A stretch of 64,000 bases of DNA from Turneriella sp. (GTDB lineage: Bacteria > Spirochaetota > Leptospiria > Turneriellales > Turneriellaceae), in assembly GCA_965279515.1 (NCBI GenBank), contig CBDIID010000003.1, positions 1,856,001 to 1,920,000 of the forward strand. The letters are read 5' to 3'. Shown here piece by piece: positions 27,481 through 37,708 of the stretch. The notes under the pieces were generated by a model, which was given only the letters and a program-made list of their open reading frames with translations, was not told the origin of the DNA and did no database searches. Numbering within the stretch: position 1 is the first letter of the stretch; the number at the start of each line of letters is the position of its first letter. Made by a program: the position numbers and the translations under genes.

Positions 27481-29451
27481 GTGGTCTCGCATATCTATTT
27501 CGACCCCAGCCTTTCCCGGATCACCCTGGAATCCTTCCGTGACCAGATCCATTTCGCCACTTTAGGCGATAATCTCGCCATTAAACCGCAGAGTTCAGAC
27601 GAAGAACATGCCGTGATCTGGCTCATGACTTCGGCGGCGCTCACCGAAAATGCGGGCCTCGTTGCAAACTGGCTGCAAAAGTACCCGCAGCACCGCTCGC
27701 GCATCATCGTGCTGGGGGACCATGAAATTTCAGAGAAGCGCTACAGCCCGCTAAACGAAGACCAAATCAGCCTTTACCTTCCGGCAGCAATACCGATGGC
27801 ACAGGTACGCAAGGCCTGCGACATGCAGTTAAACGCCCTGCACGCCGAATACGACAGACTCAACCTGCAAGAGAAACTCGCCAACAGCTATATCGAGATC
27901 CGCCGCCTGACAACCGTCGGCCAGGCATTGGCGACCGAGCGTGACTTTGATCGCCTGATCGAGCTCGTGCTCAATTCGGCCATTGAACTCACCAGCGCCG
28001 ATGGCGGCTCGATTTACCTGAGTGAGAAACACGATGCGGGTGAGAAACCCAGCCACATCCGTTTCAAGAAATCGGCGATGCAGCTCGACGCCGGCGAGTT
28101 TTTGCTGCCGATCGACAAAAAATCCATCGCCGGCTATGTCGCGCTGACCGTTGAACCGCTGCTGATCGACGATGTGCACCAATTGCCGGTCGACGCGGGT
28201 TATACGTACAACTCAGAATACGACCGGGCGCATAACTACTACACCAAATCGATGATGGTGATTCCCATGAAAAATCACCATGAAGAAGTCATTGGCGTCA
28301 TTCAGCTCATCAACCGCAAGCGCGACGGCGATGTCAAACTGACGCTCGAAGAGCTCAAGGGCAATGCCATTGTTTCTTTTACCCGCAAAGACTATTCGCT
28401 CGTGAGCGCCATGGCCGGGCAAGCGGCCGTGGCGATCGAAAACAACCAGCTGCTGCAAGATATCCAGAATCTTTTTGAAGGCTTTGTCAAAGCATCGGTC
28501 ACTGCGATTGAACAGCGCGACCCCACGACGAGCGGGCATTCGTTCCGTGTCGCCGACTATGCCGTGAATATCGCGATGGCTGTGAACCGCGACACGAGTT
28601 CGCGTTTCAACGCGGTGCGTTTCACGCGCAACCAGATCCAGGAACTGCGCTACGCTTCGTTGCTGCACGATTTCGGCAAGGTTGGGGTACGTGAGGATGT
28701 CCTCATTAAGGCGAAAAAGCTCTATCCGCAACAGCTGGAGCTCATCCGCTGGCGCTTCCACTATATCAGAAAAGATATCGAGACCAAACTGCTGCAGCGC
28801 AGCCTGGCTGAACTCAAACAATCTCCCCAGCAGAAATGGCCTGAAATCGAAGCAAAATTTCAAGCCGACCTTGAGAAGAATCTTATCGAGGCAGAAGAAA
28901 TGTTTTCCGCAATCCTATCGGCCAATGAGCCTACGGTGCTTGCCGGCGGTTCTTTTGAATTCCTGAAGAAGATCGCCGAAAACAAAGTGAAGGTTACCGC
29001 CGAACACGAGGTGCCCTGGCTTTCAGACCAGGAACTCGTGATGCTGTCGATACGCAAGGGCACGCTCGACGAGCGCGAACGCCAGGAAATCGAGTCGCAT
29101 GTCACGCACACGTATAACTTCCTCAAACAGATCCCCTGGACGCCGAACCTGCGCTGGGTGCCAGAGATCGCCTACGGCCACCATGAAAAACTCAACGGCG
29201 GCGGTTATCCGCTCAAGCGCCGCGACCCCGAAATTTCTCTGCAAACCCGCATGATGACGATTGCCGATATCTACGATGCGCTCACCGCCTGGGACCGCCC
29301 GTACAAAAAGGCGATTCCGCCCGAGAAGGCGATCGACATTCTCGGCATGGAAGTGAAAGACGGCCACGTCGACGCCGACCTGCTCAAGATTTTCGTCGAT
29401 GCGAAAGTTTTTGCGCGCATCGACGAGCTCAGGGCAGTCGAAACGCGGTAA
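27481..29451 (+). CDS. GAF + HD-GYP cyclic-dinucleotide phosphodiesterase
   Basis: GAF (SIAGYVA, IGVIQLINR), TSGHSFRV, LHDFGK, HHEKLNGGGYP, IADIYDAL, RPYK. Confidence 0.93.
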   Translation: MVSHIYFDPSLSRITLESFRDQIHFATLGDNLAIKPQSSDEEHAVIWLMTSAALTENAGLVANWLQKYPQHRSRIIVLGDHEISEKRYSPLNEDQISLYLPAAIPMAQVRKACDMQLNALHAEYDRLNLQEKLANSYIEIRRLTTVGQALATERDFDRLIELVLNSAIELTSADGGSIYLSEKHDAGEKPSHIRFKKSAMQLDAGEFLLPIDKKSIAGYVALTVEPLLIDDVHQLPVDAGYTYNSEYDRAHNYYTKSMMVIPMKNHHEEVIGVIQLINRKRDGDVKLTLEELKGNAIVSFTRKDYSLVSAMAGQAAVAIENNQLLQDIQNLFEGFVKASVTAIEQRDPTTSGHSFRVADYAVNIAMAVNRDTSSRFNAVRFTRNQIQELRYASLLHDFGKVGVREDVLIKAKKLYPQQLELIRWRFHYIRKDIETKLLQRSLAELKQSPQQKWPEIEAKFQADLEKNLIEAEEMFSAILSANEPTVLAGGSFEFLKKIAENKVKVTAEHEVPWLSDQELVMLSIRKGTLDERERQEIESHVTHTYNFLKQIPWTPNLRWVPEIAYGHHEKLNGGGYPLKRRDPEISLQTRMMTIADIYDALTAWDRPYKKAIPPEKAIDILGMEVKDGHVDADLLKIFVDAKVFARIDELRAVETR

Positions 29452-29454
29452 CGC

Positions 29455-30207
29455 ATGCAAGCTTTGCCCATACACCCGCTGCTCACCGGCATTGTGGGGC
29501 AGGCATGGCTGACCCGGCATTCAGGCGTTGATTCTTACCGGGTGTTGCCCAGCATCTATACCGTCATTGGCTTTCAGTTTTCCGGCAGGATTCACCACGT
29601 CGGCGAAAACCGTGCGTTAAGTACCTTCGGCGTCACTGGCATTCTCGATAGCTGGCGGGCGTTCCGCAGCGATGCATCCACACAGTCTCTGCTGATCTTT
29701 TTTAACCCCGGCGGTTTTTACCGCCTGTTTGGCGCAGTCGCCGGTGAGCTCGGCAGCGCCAGCCTGGCACTCAGCGATGTGTCACAACCCGCGATCGCTG
29801 GCGACTTCACGGATATCTTGTCTGCTGCAGGTCCGATCGCCGAGAAATGGCGGCTGCTGCAAAACGGCTTTCTCAAACGACTCGGCCGCGAGCTTTCACC
29901 CGAATCGCGGGGTGCGCTGTATCATATGAGCCAGGCAAACGGCACAAGACGAATCGAAGAAATCGCGACAGAGCTCGGCGTCAGCCGACGCACTGTAGAG
30001 AGAAAATTTGCGGCCGAAATCGGCACTCCCCCGAAACACCTGGCGCGGATACTGCGCTGGCGCCATACCATGAAAAACCTGGCAAATTACGCCGATCTTT
30101 CAACCGCCGCCCTCGCCCACGGTTATTTCGACCAGGCGCATTTTATCCGCGAAACGCAAAGCCTGGGCGGCATTTCGCCGTCAAAATTCGGTAGCGCCGT
30201 TTTTTGA
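29455..30207 (+). CDS. AraC-family regulator (DUF6597-type)
   Basis: SRRTVERKF, GTPPK, GYFDQAHFIRE. Confidence 0.9.
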   Translation: MQALPIHPLLTGIVGQAWLTRHSGVDSYRVLPSIYTVIGFQFSGRIHHVGENRALSTFGVTGILDSWRAFRSDASTQSLLIFFNPGGFYRLFGAVAGELGSASLALSDVSQPAIAGDFTDILSAAGPIAEKWRLLQNGFLKRLGRELSPESRGALYHMSQANGTRRIEEIATELGVSRRTVERKFAAEIGTPPKHLARILRWRHTMKNLANYADLSTAALAHGYFDQAHFIRETQSLGGISPSKFGSAVF

Positions 30208-30264
30208 AACACTTGTCGCATTTATACAATCCGTTATTTTACAGCAGTGTAAATTCGGTTCACT

Positions 30265-30888
30265 ATGAAAAGAGAACCTATATTCGACCTTCCCCATAAG
30301 GGCCTGCGGATCGCCCTGTCAGAGCTGACTGCCGCCGCCACAGGCAATGATTTCTCCGTGACGGCGGAGCGTGCCGGTTTCGAAAGCCTGTTCCGTTCGG
30401 TTTGGGAGCTCATCGATGCACACAGCCATACCGAAGAGCACATGACATTCACGGAACTGGATGGCCGGGCACCCGGCGCGAGTGATGCCCTGCGCCTGGA
30501 GCACCGCGAACTCGACAAGGCATACGACGCGCTGCGAAACGCCGTTGAAAGCGGAAGCTATGCCACGTCGGCAGACAAATTCACTGCGGATCTCAACCGT
30601 TTCAGTGCGGCATTTCAGGCGCACATGAACCGCGAAGAAGACGAGCTGGAACCCCTGATGTGGCAACATTTCAGCGACGCGGAAATCCAGGAACAGCGAC
30701 GCCATATTATGGCGGCCGACGGCCCGGAAAAGCTGCTGAAATATTTCCGGTTCGTATTCTTCGCGCTGACGGAAAAACAAACGACGGAATTTCTCGGACG
30801 GCTGAAAACGATGTTTCCCGAAGCGGCGTTCGCCGAAGCGCAAAGGCTCGCGGCGGCGGCATCACGGCGCCGCATGGCGCGGCTTTAG
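30265..30888 (+). CDS. Hemerythrin/HHE domain protein
   Basis: HKGLR, HSHTEE, LEH, HMNREE. Confidence 0.88.
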   Translation: MKREPIFDLPHKGLRIALSELTAAATGNDFSVTAERAGFESLFRSVWELIDAHSHTEEHMTFTELDGRAPGASDALRLEHRELDKAYDALRNAVESGSYATSADKFTADLNRFSAAFQAHMNREEDELEPLMWQHFSDAEIQEQRRHIMAADGPEKLLKYFRFVFFALTEKQTTEFLGRLKTMFPEAAFAEAQRLAAAASRRRMARL

Positions 30889-31470
30889 CTAGAGCCGCCA
30901 GTGAATGCCTAGTCCCCCGCCGATGGCTTCGTAGGATGGATTGTACGAAACCAGCCCCTGGCCATTAGAGACATGCATCCAATGGCCAAAAGCATGCAGC
31001 GCCATGCTGTCAGATAAGCGGATGCGCACATAAGGCCCGATACGCCCCATGAAGTTATAGCTGCGCCCGCCGGCGGGAAAAGGCGAGCTATAAAGCATGA
31101 TACCGCCCAGCGCCTCGACGCCCAACGTAAGGTTATCGGTGCGCAGGGGTTCAAACCGCAAAAGACCGGTACCGCCCGCCGAAGCCGCATTGTTCGCATA
31201 TACACTTTCGCGTAAGCTACCGGCTTCGAACGAGCCTTCGAGCTGCATGATTTCGCCCCAAGCATAACCAGCCGAGACTCCGCCGCCGACCACGAGCATA
31301 CCGTTCCGTGTAATGTTGCGCCCGAAAAGCACGTCCGTTGTTACGGTATAGATGCGGCGGTCGGCTTTCGTCGGAACCATGTATTCCGCGGCAGTGAGCA
31401 GAAAGGGATTTCCCCCGGAGGCAAAAGCCCAGCCACTGAAAAGGACAACGGCATAAATAACAGGAAACAT
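30889..31470 (-). CDS. PagL-like acyloxyacyl hydrolase (OM beta-barrel)
   Basis: Signal peptide, FPAGG..YNF, catalytic-type HVSNG near the C-terminus; frame extends to TTG 31512. Confidence 0.7.
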   Translation of the reverse strand: MFPVIYAVVLFSGWAFASGGNPFLLTAAEYMVPTKADRRIYTVTTDVLFGRNITRNGMLVVGGGVSAGYAWGEIMQLEGSFEAGSLRESVYANNAASAGGTGLLRFEPLRTDNLTLGVEALGGIMLYSSPFPAGGRSYNFMGRIGPYVRIRLSDSMALHAFGHWMHVSNGQGLVSYNPSYEAIGGGLGIHWRL

Positions 31471-31552
31471 AAGCGGCAGACCCAGAGACGGCAAACGGCG
31501 TTCCAAAGCCAAAGAACTCTTTACCCTATTGCGGTTCCTCCGGGCTTAACCC

Positions 31553-31939
31553 ATGGAAATTCTTCTCAAATCGGGCGCGGCGCTGCTCATCGTTTCACTG
31601 ATCCTCGCATGGCTGCTGGTGGCAGTGAAATACCTGGGGCTCTTCAACAACATCTTCGTGAACCAGAAGTATCTGCTGAGTGCACACCTCGACTATATCT
31701 TTATGGCTATTCTTAACTGGCTGGTCTATACGATTGTCGGCAGCACGCATGGTAATGATATCATGGCCTACCTGATCGTCGCGGGTTCGGCGCTAAACCC
31801 TTTGCTCTTTCTCGTGATGTCGGTTAAACCCGATATTAAAAAATCACCGTTCTCACCCTTCGGCATATTCTCATCATTTTCATTCACGCTGACAACAGCT
31901 GGTTATGGCTGGGCGGCTGTCGAAGTTTTGCGTAATTAA
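31553..31939 (+). CDS. Hypothetical 4-TM membrane protein
   Basis: Four hydrophobic helices, LLSAHLD motif. Confidence 0.75.
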   Translation: MEILLKSGAALLIVSLILAWLLVAVKYLGLFNNIFVNQKYLLSAHLDYIFMAILNWLVYTIVGSTHGNDIMAYLIVAGSALNPLLFLVMSVKPDIKKSPFSPFGIFSSFSFTLTTAGYGWAAVEVLRN

Positions 31940-31941
31940 TC

Positions 31942-32697
31942 TCAGAGCGGGCTCGAAGCCGTCGCATAGAGTTTTGCGGGGATTGCCCCCGCGAGAAATC
32001 CGGCACGCCCGGCTTTGACCGCATCGCGCATCGCCTCGGCCATGAGCACGGGGTGTTGCGCCTTGGCAATCGCCGTGTTGAGCAACACCGCGTCGGCGCC
32101 CAACTCCATCGCGCGCGCGGCGTGCGAAGGTTTGCCGATACCGGCATCGATGATGACCGGCGCACGGCCGCGCATCATTTCCAGAAGGATTACAAGGTTA
32201 GCCTCGTTGGCAATCCCCCTGCCTGAGCCAATCGGGCTCGCCGCTGGCATGATCGCATCGGCGCCCGCATCGGCGAGCCGCCGCGCCATGACGGGATCGT
32301 CCGTGGTATAGACCATGAGGTAGAGCTGTTTCGTCTCGGCATGGGCCTTGATGAGTTCGACCGCTTTCAGGGTTTCGATCGGGTCGGGTAGAAGGGTCTG
32401 CAAATCGCCCGTCACTTCGATCTTGAGATGTGTGGACTCCATCGCAGCCGCGATGCGCGCATAGCGCAGCGCGTCGGCGCCGAATGCAGCGCCCGAGGTG
32501 TTGGGCAACAGGGCAATTTTGGCCCGGTCAATGCGGTCGATGAGAGACAGCGAAGGCGACGAACCTGCAGCAGGGATTTCAATCCGCCTTAAGGCGACAG
32601 TCACCATTTCGGTGCCCGATACCTCGTGGCAAAGCCGCATGGTTTCGAGATCAGGATAGCGGCCGGTACCCACAATGAGGCGCGAGCCAAGGCTCAA
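31942..32697 (-). CDS. thiG: Thiazole synthase
   Basis: SRLIVGTG, VTVALRR, LPNTSG, KIEV, LLPDP, SPIGSG, DAGIG, AMELGADAVLLNTAIA. Confidence 0.93.
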   Translation of the reverse strand: MSLGSRLIVGTGRYPDLETMRLCHEVSGTEMVTVALRRIEIPAAGSSPSLSLIDRIDRAKIALLPNTSGAAFGADALRYARIAAAMESTHLKIEVTGDLQTLLPDPIETLKAVELIKAHAETKQLYLMVYTTDDPVMARRLADAGADAIMPAASPIGSGRGIANEANLVILLEMMRGRAPVIIDAGIGKPSHAARAMELGADAVLLNTAIAKAQHPVLMAEAMRDAVKAGRAGFLAGAIPAKLYATASSPL

Positions 32698-32750
32698 TTT
32701 TCCGAGTTGTAGGGGTGTTAAAAGAGAAGCGGAGTTAGGCGCGTCGGGGC

Positions 32751-32990
32751 TCAGGTGGTTTCGTCTTCGTCGTCATCTGCCACGGCGACAACTTCTTTCT
32801 TATCATAACCGTATTTGACTTTTTCGTCGGCGAGCATGCTGAGAGTTTGCACTGCACTTTTGCGGCGCTTCAGGCCCTTGGGAATATCGAGCTTGAAAAG
32901 GTGATCGACAACGTCAAAGCTGGCACATGCCACTTCGTATTTTTTGCTTTTCGCGAGGTAGAGAATTTTGGCAATTTCGATGTCTTTCAT
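32751..32990 (-). CDS. Small protein, candidate divergent RNA polymerase omega subunit
   Basis: KYEVACAS...KSAVQTLSMLADEKVKY resembles the omega YE-x-x-x-A / K-x-x-x-x-AL-x-x-I pattern; acidic tail. Confidence 0.5.
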   Translation of the reverse strand: MKDIEIAKILYLAKSKKYEVACASFDVVDHLFKLDIPKGLKRRKSAVQTLSMLADEKVKYGYDKKEVVAVADDDEDETT

Positions 32991-33037
32991 GGGAGAGGAC
33001 TGCCAAATTTGCTGACTTGAACCTGCTGTAAACTAAA

Positions 33038-34480
33038 ATGAGTGATTCACTGTTCAAGCGCATAACCCGCCTGTTAATAGGTGAATCTGCCGATGGCACC
33101 ACCGCGGCAAACGGCATCAACTACTTCCCCAAACGCCTCCCCGAACATCTCGACGTCATCTTTTTTGAAGAATATATCAGGGCGCTGCGGATGCCCGTCA
33201 TCTGGGTCACGATTCTCGTGTACGCGATCGTGCTCGTCGGTGTCTGTTATTACCAGTCCAAATTTACCTACATTCTGCACTGGTTTGCGGTTTTGCTGGT
33301 CATCGGCCTTTTAACGATCTTCCATATATTCTATTTCTGGGATCTCACCAAGAAGCTGGGCTACCGTAACCAGCTGACGTTGCTCAATATCTTCCTAGGG
33401 TTACTTGTAAGCACGCTGGCATGGGGAATCTTTCTCTCCTGGGAAACAATGACCGAAGGCTACATCGGCATGATGACGACGATCATCGGTTCGATCCTGG
33501 GTGCTGGCGCGGTCATTCTTTCGTATTCGCGCGTCAGTTACCTGATTTTTATGTCGGGCCTGGTCGTGCCGGGCGTGATTTACATGTTCACGCATACCGG
33601 GCCGTTTTACCTTTTTATGGGCATCCTGTTTTGCGGTGGTTTTTTTTCCTTTATCGCGATCAATGTCATGGAGTATGCCAAGCAGCGCCAGCTCTTCGAT
33701 GCGCGGCAGCAACTCACCGAATTTAACGCCGAGCTCACGCGCAAAGACGCCGAACTCGACCAGGAACTTCTGTTTGCCTCGCATATCCAGATGGGGATTT
33801 TTCCCGAGCCGAAAACAAAAACCAATGCATGGTCTTTCCAGACGACGATTTTACCGCTCGGCCGCATTTCCGGCGACTACTGCGACATTGTGACGCGGGG
33901 CGATATCACCTTTGCGATCGTTGCCGATGCCTCGGGCCATGGCGTACCGGCAGCGATGCTGACAATGGCCGCAAAAAACGTTTTTTCGAACACGCTGACA
34001 GAAAAAATCTCACCCGCGGCAGCGCTGGCAAAGAGCAATCATGAGATTCTCAAAATGATCAAAACCCAGGACTTCATGACAGGGTTTCTTTTAAAGCTCT
34101 ACCCTTCGGGCCTTGTCGAATTCTCAAACGCCGCCCACCCTACGGCGTTTTACCAGAGCCGCGCGGGGGATATCCGCTTTCTCGACACCTCGGGTTTTAT
34201 TTTAGGCGGCCTCGATGATGTCGACGCGCTCTATGAAAACGGCAGCGTGCAGATGCAGACAGGCGACCGGCTGTTTCTCTATACCGATGGCGTTATCGAA
34301 AGTTTCAATCCATTAAACAAGCTTTATGGCATGGATCGTCTCGAGAAGGTTCTGCGCATTACGCGCGGCCTCGAACTCGCGAAGGTCGTGCCAAAGGTTT
34401 TTTCTGACGTCGTCGGTTTCTGCGAAGGCGTGCCGTTCCGCGACGATATTGCCATGATGGTGATAGAGTACAATCCCTGA
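33038..34480 (+). CDS. Membrane PP2C/SpoIIE (RsbU-like) phosphatase
   Basis: Multiple TMs; SGDYCD, ADASGHGVPAA, YTDGVIE, DDIA. Confidence 0.93.
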   Translation: MSDSLFKRITRLLIGESADGTTAANGINYFPKRLPEHLDVIFFEEYIRALRMPVIWVTILVYAIVLVGVCYYQSKFTYILHWFAVLLVIGLLTIFHIFYFWDLTKKLGYRNQLTLLNIFLGLLVSTLAWGIFLSWETMTEGYIGMMTTIIGSILGAGAVILSYSRVSYLIFMSGLVVPGVIYMFTHTGPFYLFMGILFCGGFFSFIAINVMEYAKQRQLFDARQQLTEFNAELTRKDAELDQELLFASHIQMGIFPEPKTKTNAWSFQTTILPLGRISGDYCDIVTRGDITFAIVADASGHGVPAAMLTMAAKNVFSNTLTEKISPAAALAKSNHEILKMIKTQDFMTGFLLKLYPSGLVEFSNAAHPTAFYQSRAGDIRFLDTSGFILGGLDDVDALYENGSVQMQTGDRLFLYTDGVIESFNPLNKLYGMDRLEKVLRITRGLELAKVVPKVFSDVVGFCEGVPFRDDIAMMVIEYNP

Positions 34481-34534
34481 TTTACGATTTTAGAAAACTG
34501 GTTTACCCGGCTCCCGGTCTTTGGTAGGGACGTT

Positions 34535-36502
34535 TTGCCTTCAGAAAATATGCCGCCCGGTTTCAGAAAATTACACTTTCTCTGTTATCTGGTGGGTACG
34601 TTTTTTTTACCATCAGGAAAAATTTCCGCCGAGAAATTTATTTTCACGGGCAACATGGAATATCCGCCGCTGATCTTTCTCGAAGACGGCAAGCCCAAAG
34701 GTATTTATCCCGACATCATGCGGGCGATGCAGTCGCCGGAATTCGATGCCGAGATACGCCTCATGGAATGGCAGGCGGCGCAATCGGCGGTACTGCACGG
34801 TTCGGCCGATGCCATCATCGGCATGGCAATTCTCGAAGAGCGTAAAAAGGCATTTGATTTTTCCGATTCACTGCTCGCGCATGAATTTGCGATCTTCGTG
34901 CGCAAGGGCGATCACACCATCCAGGGTTTTTCAGACCTGAAGCGCAAGACGGTGGGTGTCATCCCCGGCAGCGTTCCCGTCGCCCAGCTCAAGGATGAGC
35001 CTGAAATCCATTTCAAATCTTTCTCCAGCTACCGTGAAGGCTTCGCCTTGCTCCGGGAAACAAAGGTCGACGCGCTGGTTATCAATGAATGGGTCGGCGC
35101 GTATATTCTCTATAACAATAACATCGATAATGTCGTTCCGGTAAAATCAGCCTCGGTCATCGGCGGGCCTGCCGGGTTTGGCGTCCGCAAGGGCAATGCG
35201 GCCCTGGTCGCAAAAATCAACGCCGGTCTAAAAAATCTCAGGGCCTCCGGCAAACTCGATAAAATTCTCGAGCGCTGGGCTCCGCATAGTATGATCATCT
35301 GGCCGCAGGCAAAGCTGCGCAGCATGACCACGATTTTTATCGTTTCAGGAACCGCACTGCTGCTTTGTATCCTCATTCTCTGGGTCTTTACCCTGCTGCG
35401 CCATCTGAAACGCGCGCGCCGGGCCGAACAACAACTGCGCGAAAGCCACGAGCTTCTCGGAAAATTAACACACCATGTGCCGGGCATGCTCTACCAGTTC
35501 AGGATGGCCCCCGACGGAAAGTTTTCCCTCAGTTATACCAGCGAGGGTGTGGGCGTTTTGCAGGAGGTTTCGCGTGAGGATGCACTGGCGGATTTCACGC
35601 TGCTGGAACGGCGTGTGCACCCGGATGATAAGGACCGCTTCAGCGAATCCATTCAGGCATCGGCGGCCAATCTCACGCCGTGGAATCTCGAATACCGGAT
35701 GGTTTTGCCCGTGCAGGGTGTCCGCTGGCGCCGGGGAGAATCACAGCCTGAAAAGGCCGCCGACGGAACGATCGTCTGGCACGGCTATCTCTCAGATATT
35801 ACGGAACAAAAACTCAAGGAGACGCAAATTGCCGAACTCTCGGCGAAGATTATCGACCTCAGGGAAAAAGAACGGGCCGAGATTTCCCATGAGCTGCACG
35901 ATTCCGTCGGCCAGAGCCTTGTGATACTCAAACTGCACCTGGAAAGCAAAATGAAGTTGCTCAACGAACAGCAAAAAACCGAATTCCGGGATCTTTTCGC
36001 CACCATCGATAAAGTTCTTTCGACGGCGCGCGAAATTTCCCGCCGCCTGAGCCCCTTACACCTGCGCAGCCTCGGGCTTGCGGGTGTGATTGAAGACCTC
36101 TGCGACCAGATCCGCAAGAGCCGGAACTTCAAAATCTCGCTCGACATCGAGGCGTTTGCGCGCTGCGTTTCCGAAGACTCGGCGATCCAGGTCTACCGCA
36201 TTGTACAGGAAGCGCTCACCAACATTCTCAAACACAGTGACGCCGACGAGATCCGCATCTATGCGCAGCACGGGGACCAGTCGATTCGCCTCGTGATAGC
36301 CGATAATGGAAAAAATGCCCCCGCCAAAATGGCGCAGGGACCGGGTATCGGCCTGCAGATCATGCGCGAGCGCGCCCGAATTATCGAAGGCACCTTCCAT
36401 TTCCATATGGGCAGCGAAGGCGCACAGGTTGAAATTGAACTACCGAAACGTTTTGCCCGCGACGTGGCGATGGAATCAGCGCAGGGTAATGATTCCGGCT
36501 GA
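34535..36502 (+). CDS. Sensor kinase: periplasmic SBP_bac_3 + PAS + HisKA_3/HATPase
   Basis: EYPPL binding domain, TM, PAS (VHPDD), ELHDSVGQ, QEALTNILKH, GIGL. Confidence 0.92.
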   Translation: MPSENMPPGFRKLHFLCYLVGTFFLPSGKISAEKFIFTGNMEYPPLIFLEDGKPKGIYPDIMRAMQSPEFDAEIRLMEWQAAQSAVLHGSADAIIGMAILEERKKAFDFSDSLLAHEFAIFVRKGDHTIQGFSDLKRKTVGVIPGSVPVAQLKDEPEIHFKSFSSYREGFALLRETKVDALVINEWVGAYILYNNNIDNVVPVKSASVIGGPAGFGVRKGNAALVAKINAGLKNLRASGKLDKILERWAPHSMIIWPQAKLRSMTTIFIVSGTALLLCILILWVFTLLRHLKRARRAEQQLRESHELLGKLTHHVPGMLYQFRMAPDGKFSLSYTSEGVGVLQEVSREDALADFTLLERRVHPDDKDRFSESIQASAANLTPWNLEYRMVLPVQGVRWRRGESQPEKAADGTIVWHGYLSDITEQKLKETQIAELSAKIIDLREKERAEISHELHDSVGQSLVILKLHLESKMKLLNEQQKTEFRDLFATIDKVLSTAREISRRLSPLHLRSLGLAGVIEDLCDQIRKSRNFKISLDIEAFARCVSEDSAIQVYRIVQEALTNILKHSDADEIRIYAQHGDQSIRLVIADNGKNAPAKMAQGPGIGLQIMRERARIIEGTFHFHMGSEGAQVEIELPKRFARDVAMESAQGNDSG

Positions 36503-37708
36503 AGACTGCAGATAGACCGCATCGCCCCGCGCAACCATACGCTCGGCGACCAAATCATTGCGGTCGAGCAGAATACCGCGCCGGTTGGCAATCAGCAGGC
36601 GGCCTGTGCGGTGGGTAAAAACACAGGCCTGCTCTTTACCAATACGGATCGCGGCGCCGCGCCAAAGGTCGGGAGCGTTGTCACCGGCAGGGGCAGTGAC
36701 CACCGCCACATGCCTGAGGCCCGACTTGCGGCCCGCGGTAAAATAAAGCGCAAGACCGTCGGCGTTTGTATCTGTTTGAGGCGCCGCCTGCAGAAAACAG
36801 ATAGAGTTGGCCGTCATCACCAAAGGCGACGCGGTTACGGTACGAACCGGTAACTCTGCAGTTAAAACCGCGTCGAGATCTGCGGGAACCATCCGCATGG
36901 CCTCGGCCGGCTTTTCTTCTTTCGGCGGCTTCAGCGTGAAAGCGATGCGCAGCAGAAAATCCTTTTGCATCTTTACCTTGTCGACCTCAACCGTGCGTTC
37001 GACAATCGCCGCGAGCTCGCCCGTCTCAAAATCGCAATGCAGCGACTTCAGGGCATAACCGAGCTTGTGGCGGAAATACAGCTTTTGATCAAGATGTGCA
37101 ACGATCACCTCGCCGTCGAGCGAGCCGATACAGACCTGCGCGGTCTTCAGGTCGGGATTATCGTCTGTCACAAAACGCGTGAACAGCACGCCCTGAAAAT
37201 CGGCATGTACCTTGAAATCGGGATTCATGAAGACGACGCGTGAATGGTCGCCCGCTGCCGCCATGATGTAACGCCCGCGCGGCAGCGCGTTCAAATAATG
37301 GCTCTCTTCTTTTTCCCAAAGAAAATTACCCTGCTCGTTGAAAACATAAACCTGTGTACCGATCTGTGGGTACCAGACATAATACGCGCCGTTCTCAGGC
37401 GCCGTGATATAGCCCTCTTTGCCGGTCAGCGAAATCCTGGTATCGTCGGCCTTTTTGAGTTCGGCGCCAGGCAGGCGGATAGACCGCACGATGCCACCCG
37501 CCGCACCTACCCCGTAGGCGATGTACTGGCCTGCGTCGGTGCGGCGGTAGAATACGAGCGCCGGGGTCTCGTTCGCGGCCGTGGCCTCTTCGCGGAAGGC
37601 AGAAAAGGCCGTGATCTCCGGAAGGCGGATTTCATCGGTCGATGAAAACGGCACCTGCCAGATAAGCCAGGTGGCGACGAGAATGGCGGCGATAAAACGG
37701 AAGATCAC
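36476..37708 (-). CDS. Hypothetical exported protein (possible beta-propeller)
   Basis: 410 aa, N-terminal hydrophobic segment; GTG start overlaps the XPB stop. Confidence 0.75.
   Translation of the reverse strand: MIFRFIAAILVATWLIWQVPFSSTDEIRLPEITAFSAFREEATAANETPALVFYRRTDAGQYIAYGVGAAGGIVRSIRLPGAELKKADDTRISLTGKEGYITAPENGAYYVWYPQIGTQVYVFNEQGNFLWEKEESHYLNALPRGRYIMAAAGDHSRVVFMNPDFKVHADFQGVLFTRFVTDDNPDLKTAQVCIGSLDGEVIVAHLDQKLYFRHKLGYALKSLHCDFETGELAAIVERTVEVDKVKMQKDFLLRIAFTLKPPKEEKPAEAMRMVPADLDAVLTAELPVRTVTASPLVMTANSICFLQAAPQTDTNADGLALYFTAGRKSGLRHVAVVTAPAGDNAPDLWRGAAIRIGKEQACVFTHRTGRLLIANRRGILLDRNDLVAERMVARGDAVYLQSSAGIITLR

Noticed and set aside
32698..32750. TPP riboswitch upstream of thiG
   Set aside because: Only about 50 nt of intergenic space and no recognisable aptamer core.
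36476..36502. Convergent 3' overlaps (also 44288-44316)
   Set aside because: Short overlaps of non-conserved tails are common in compact genomes.
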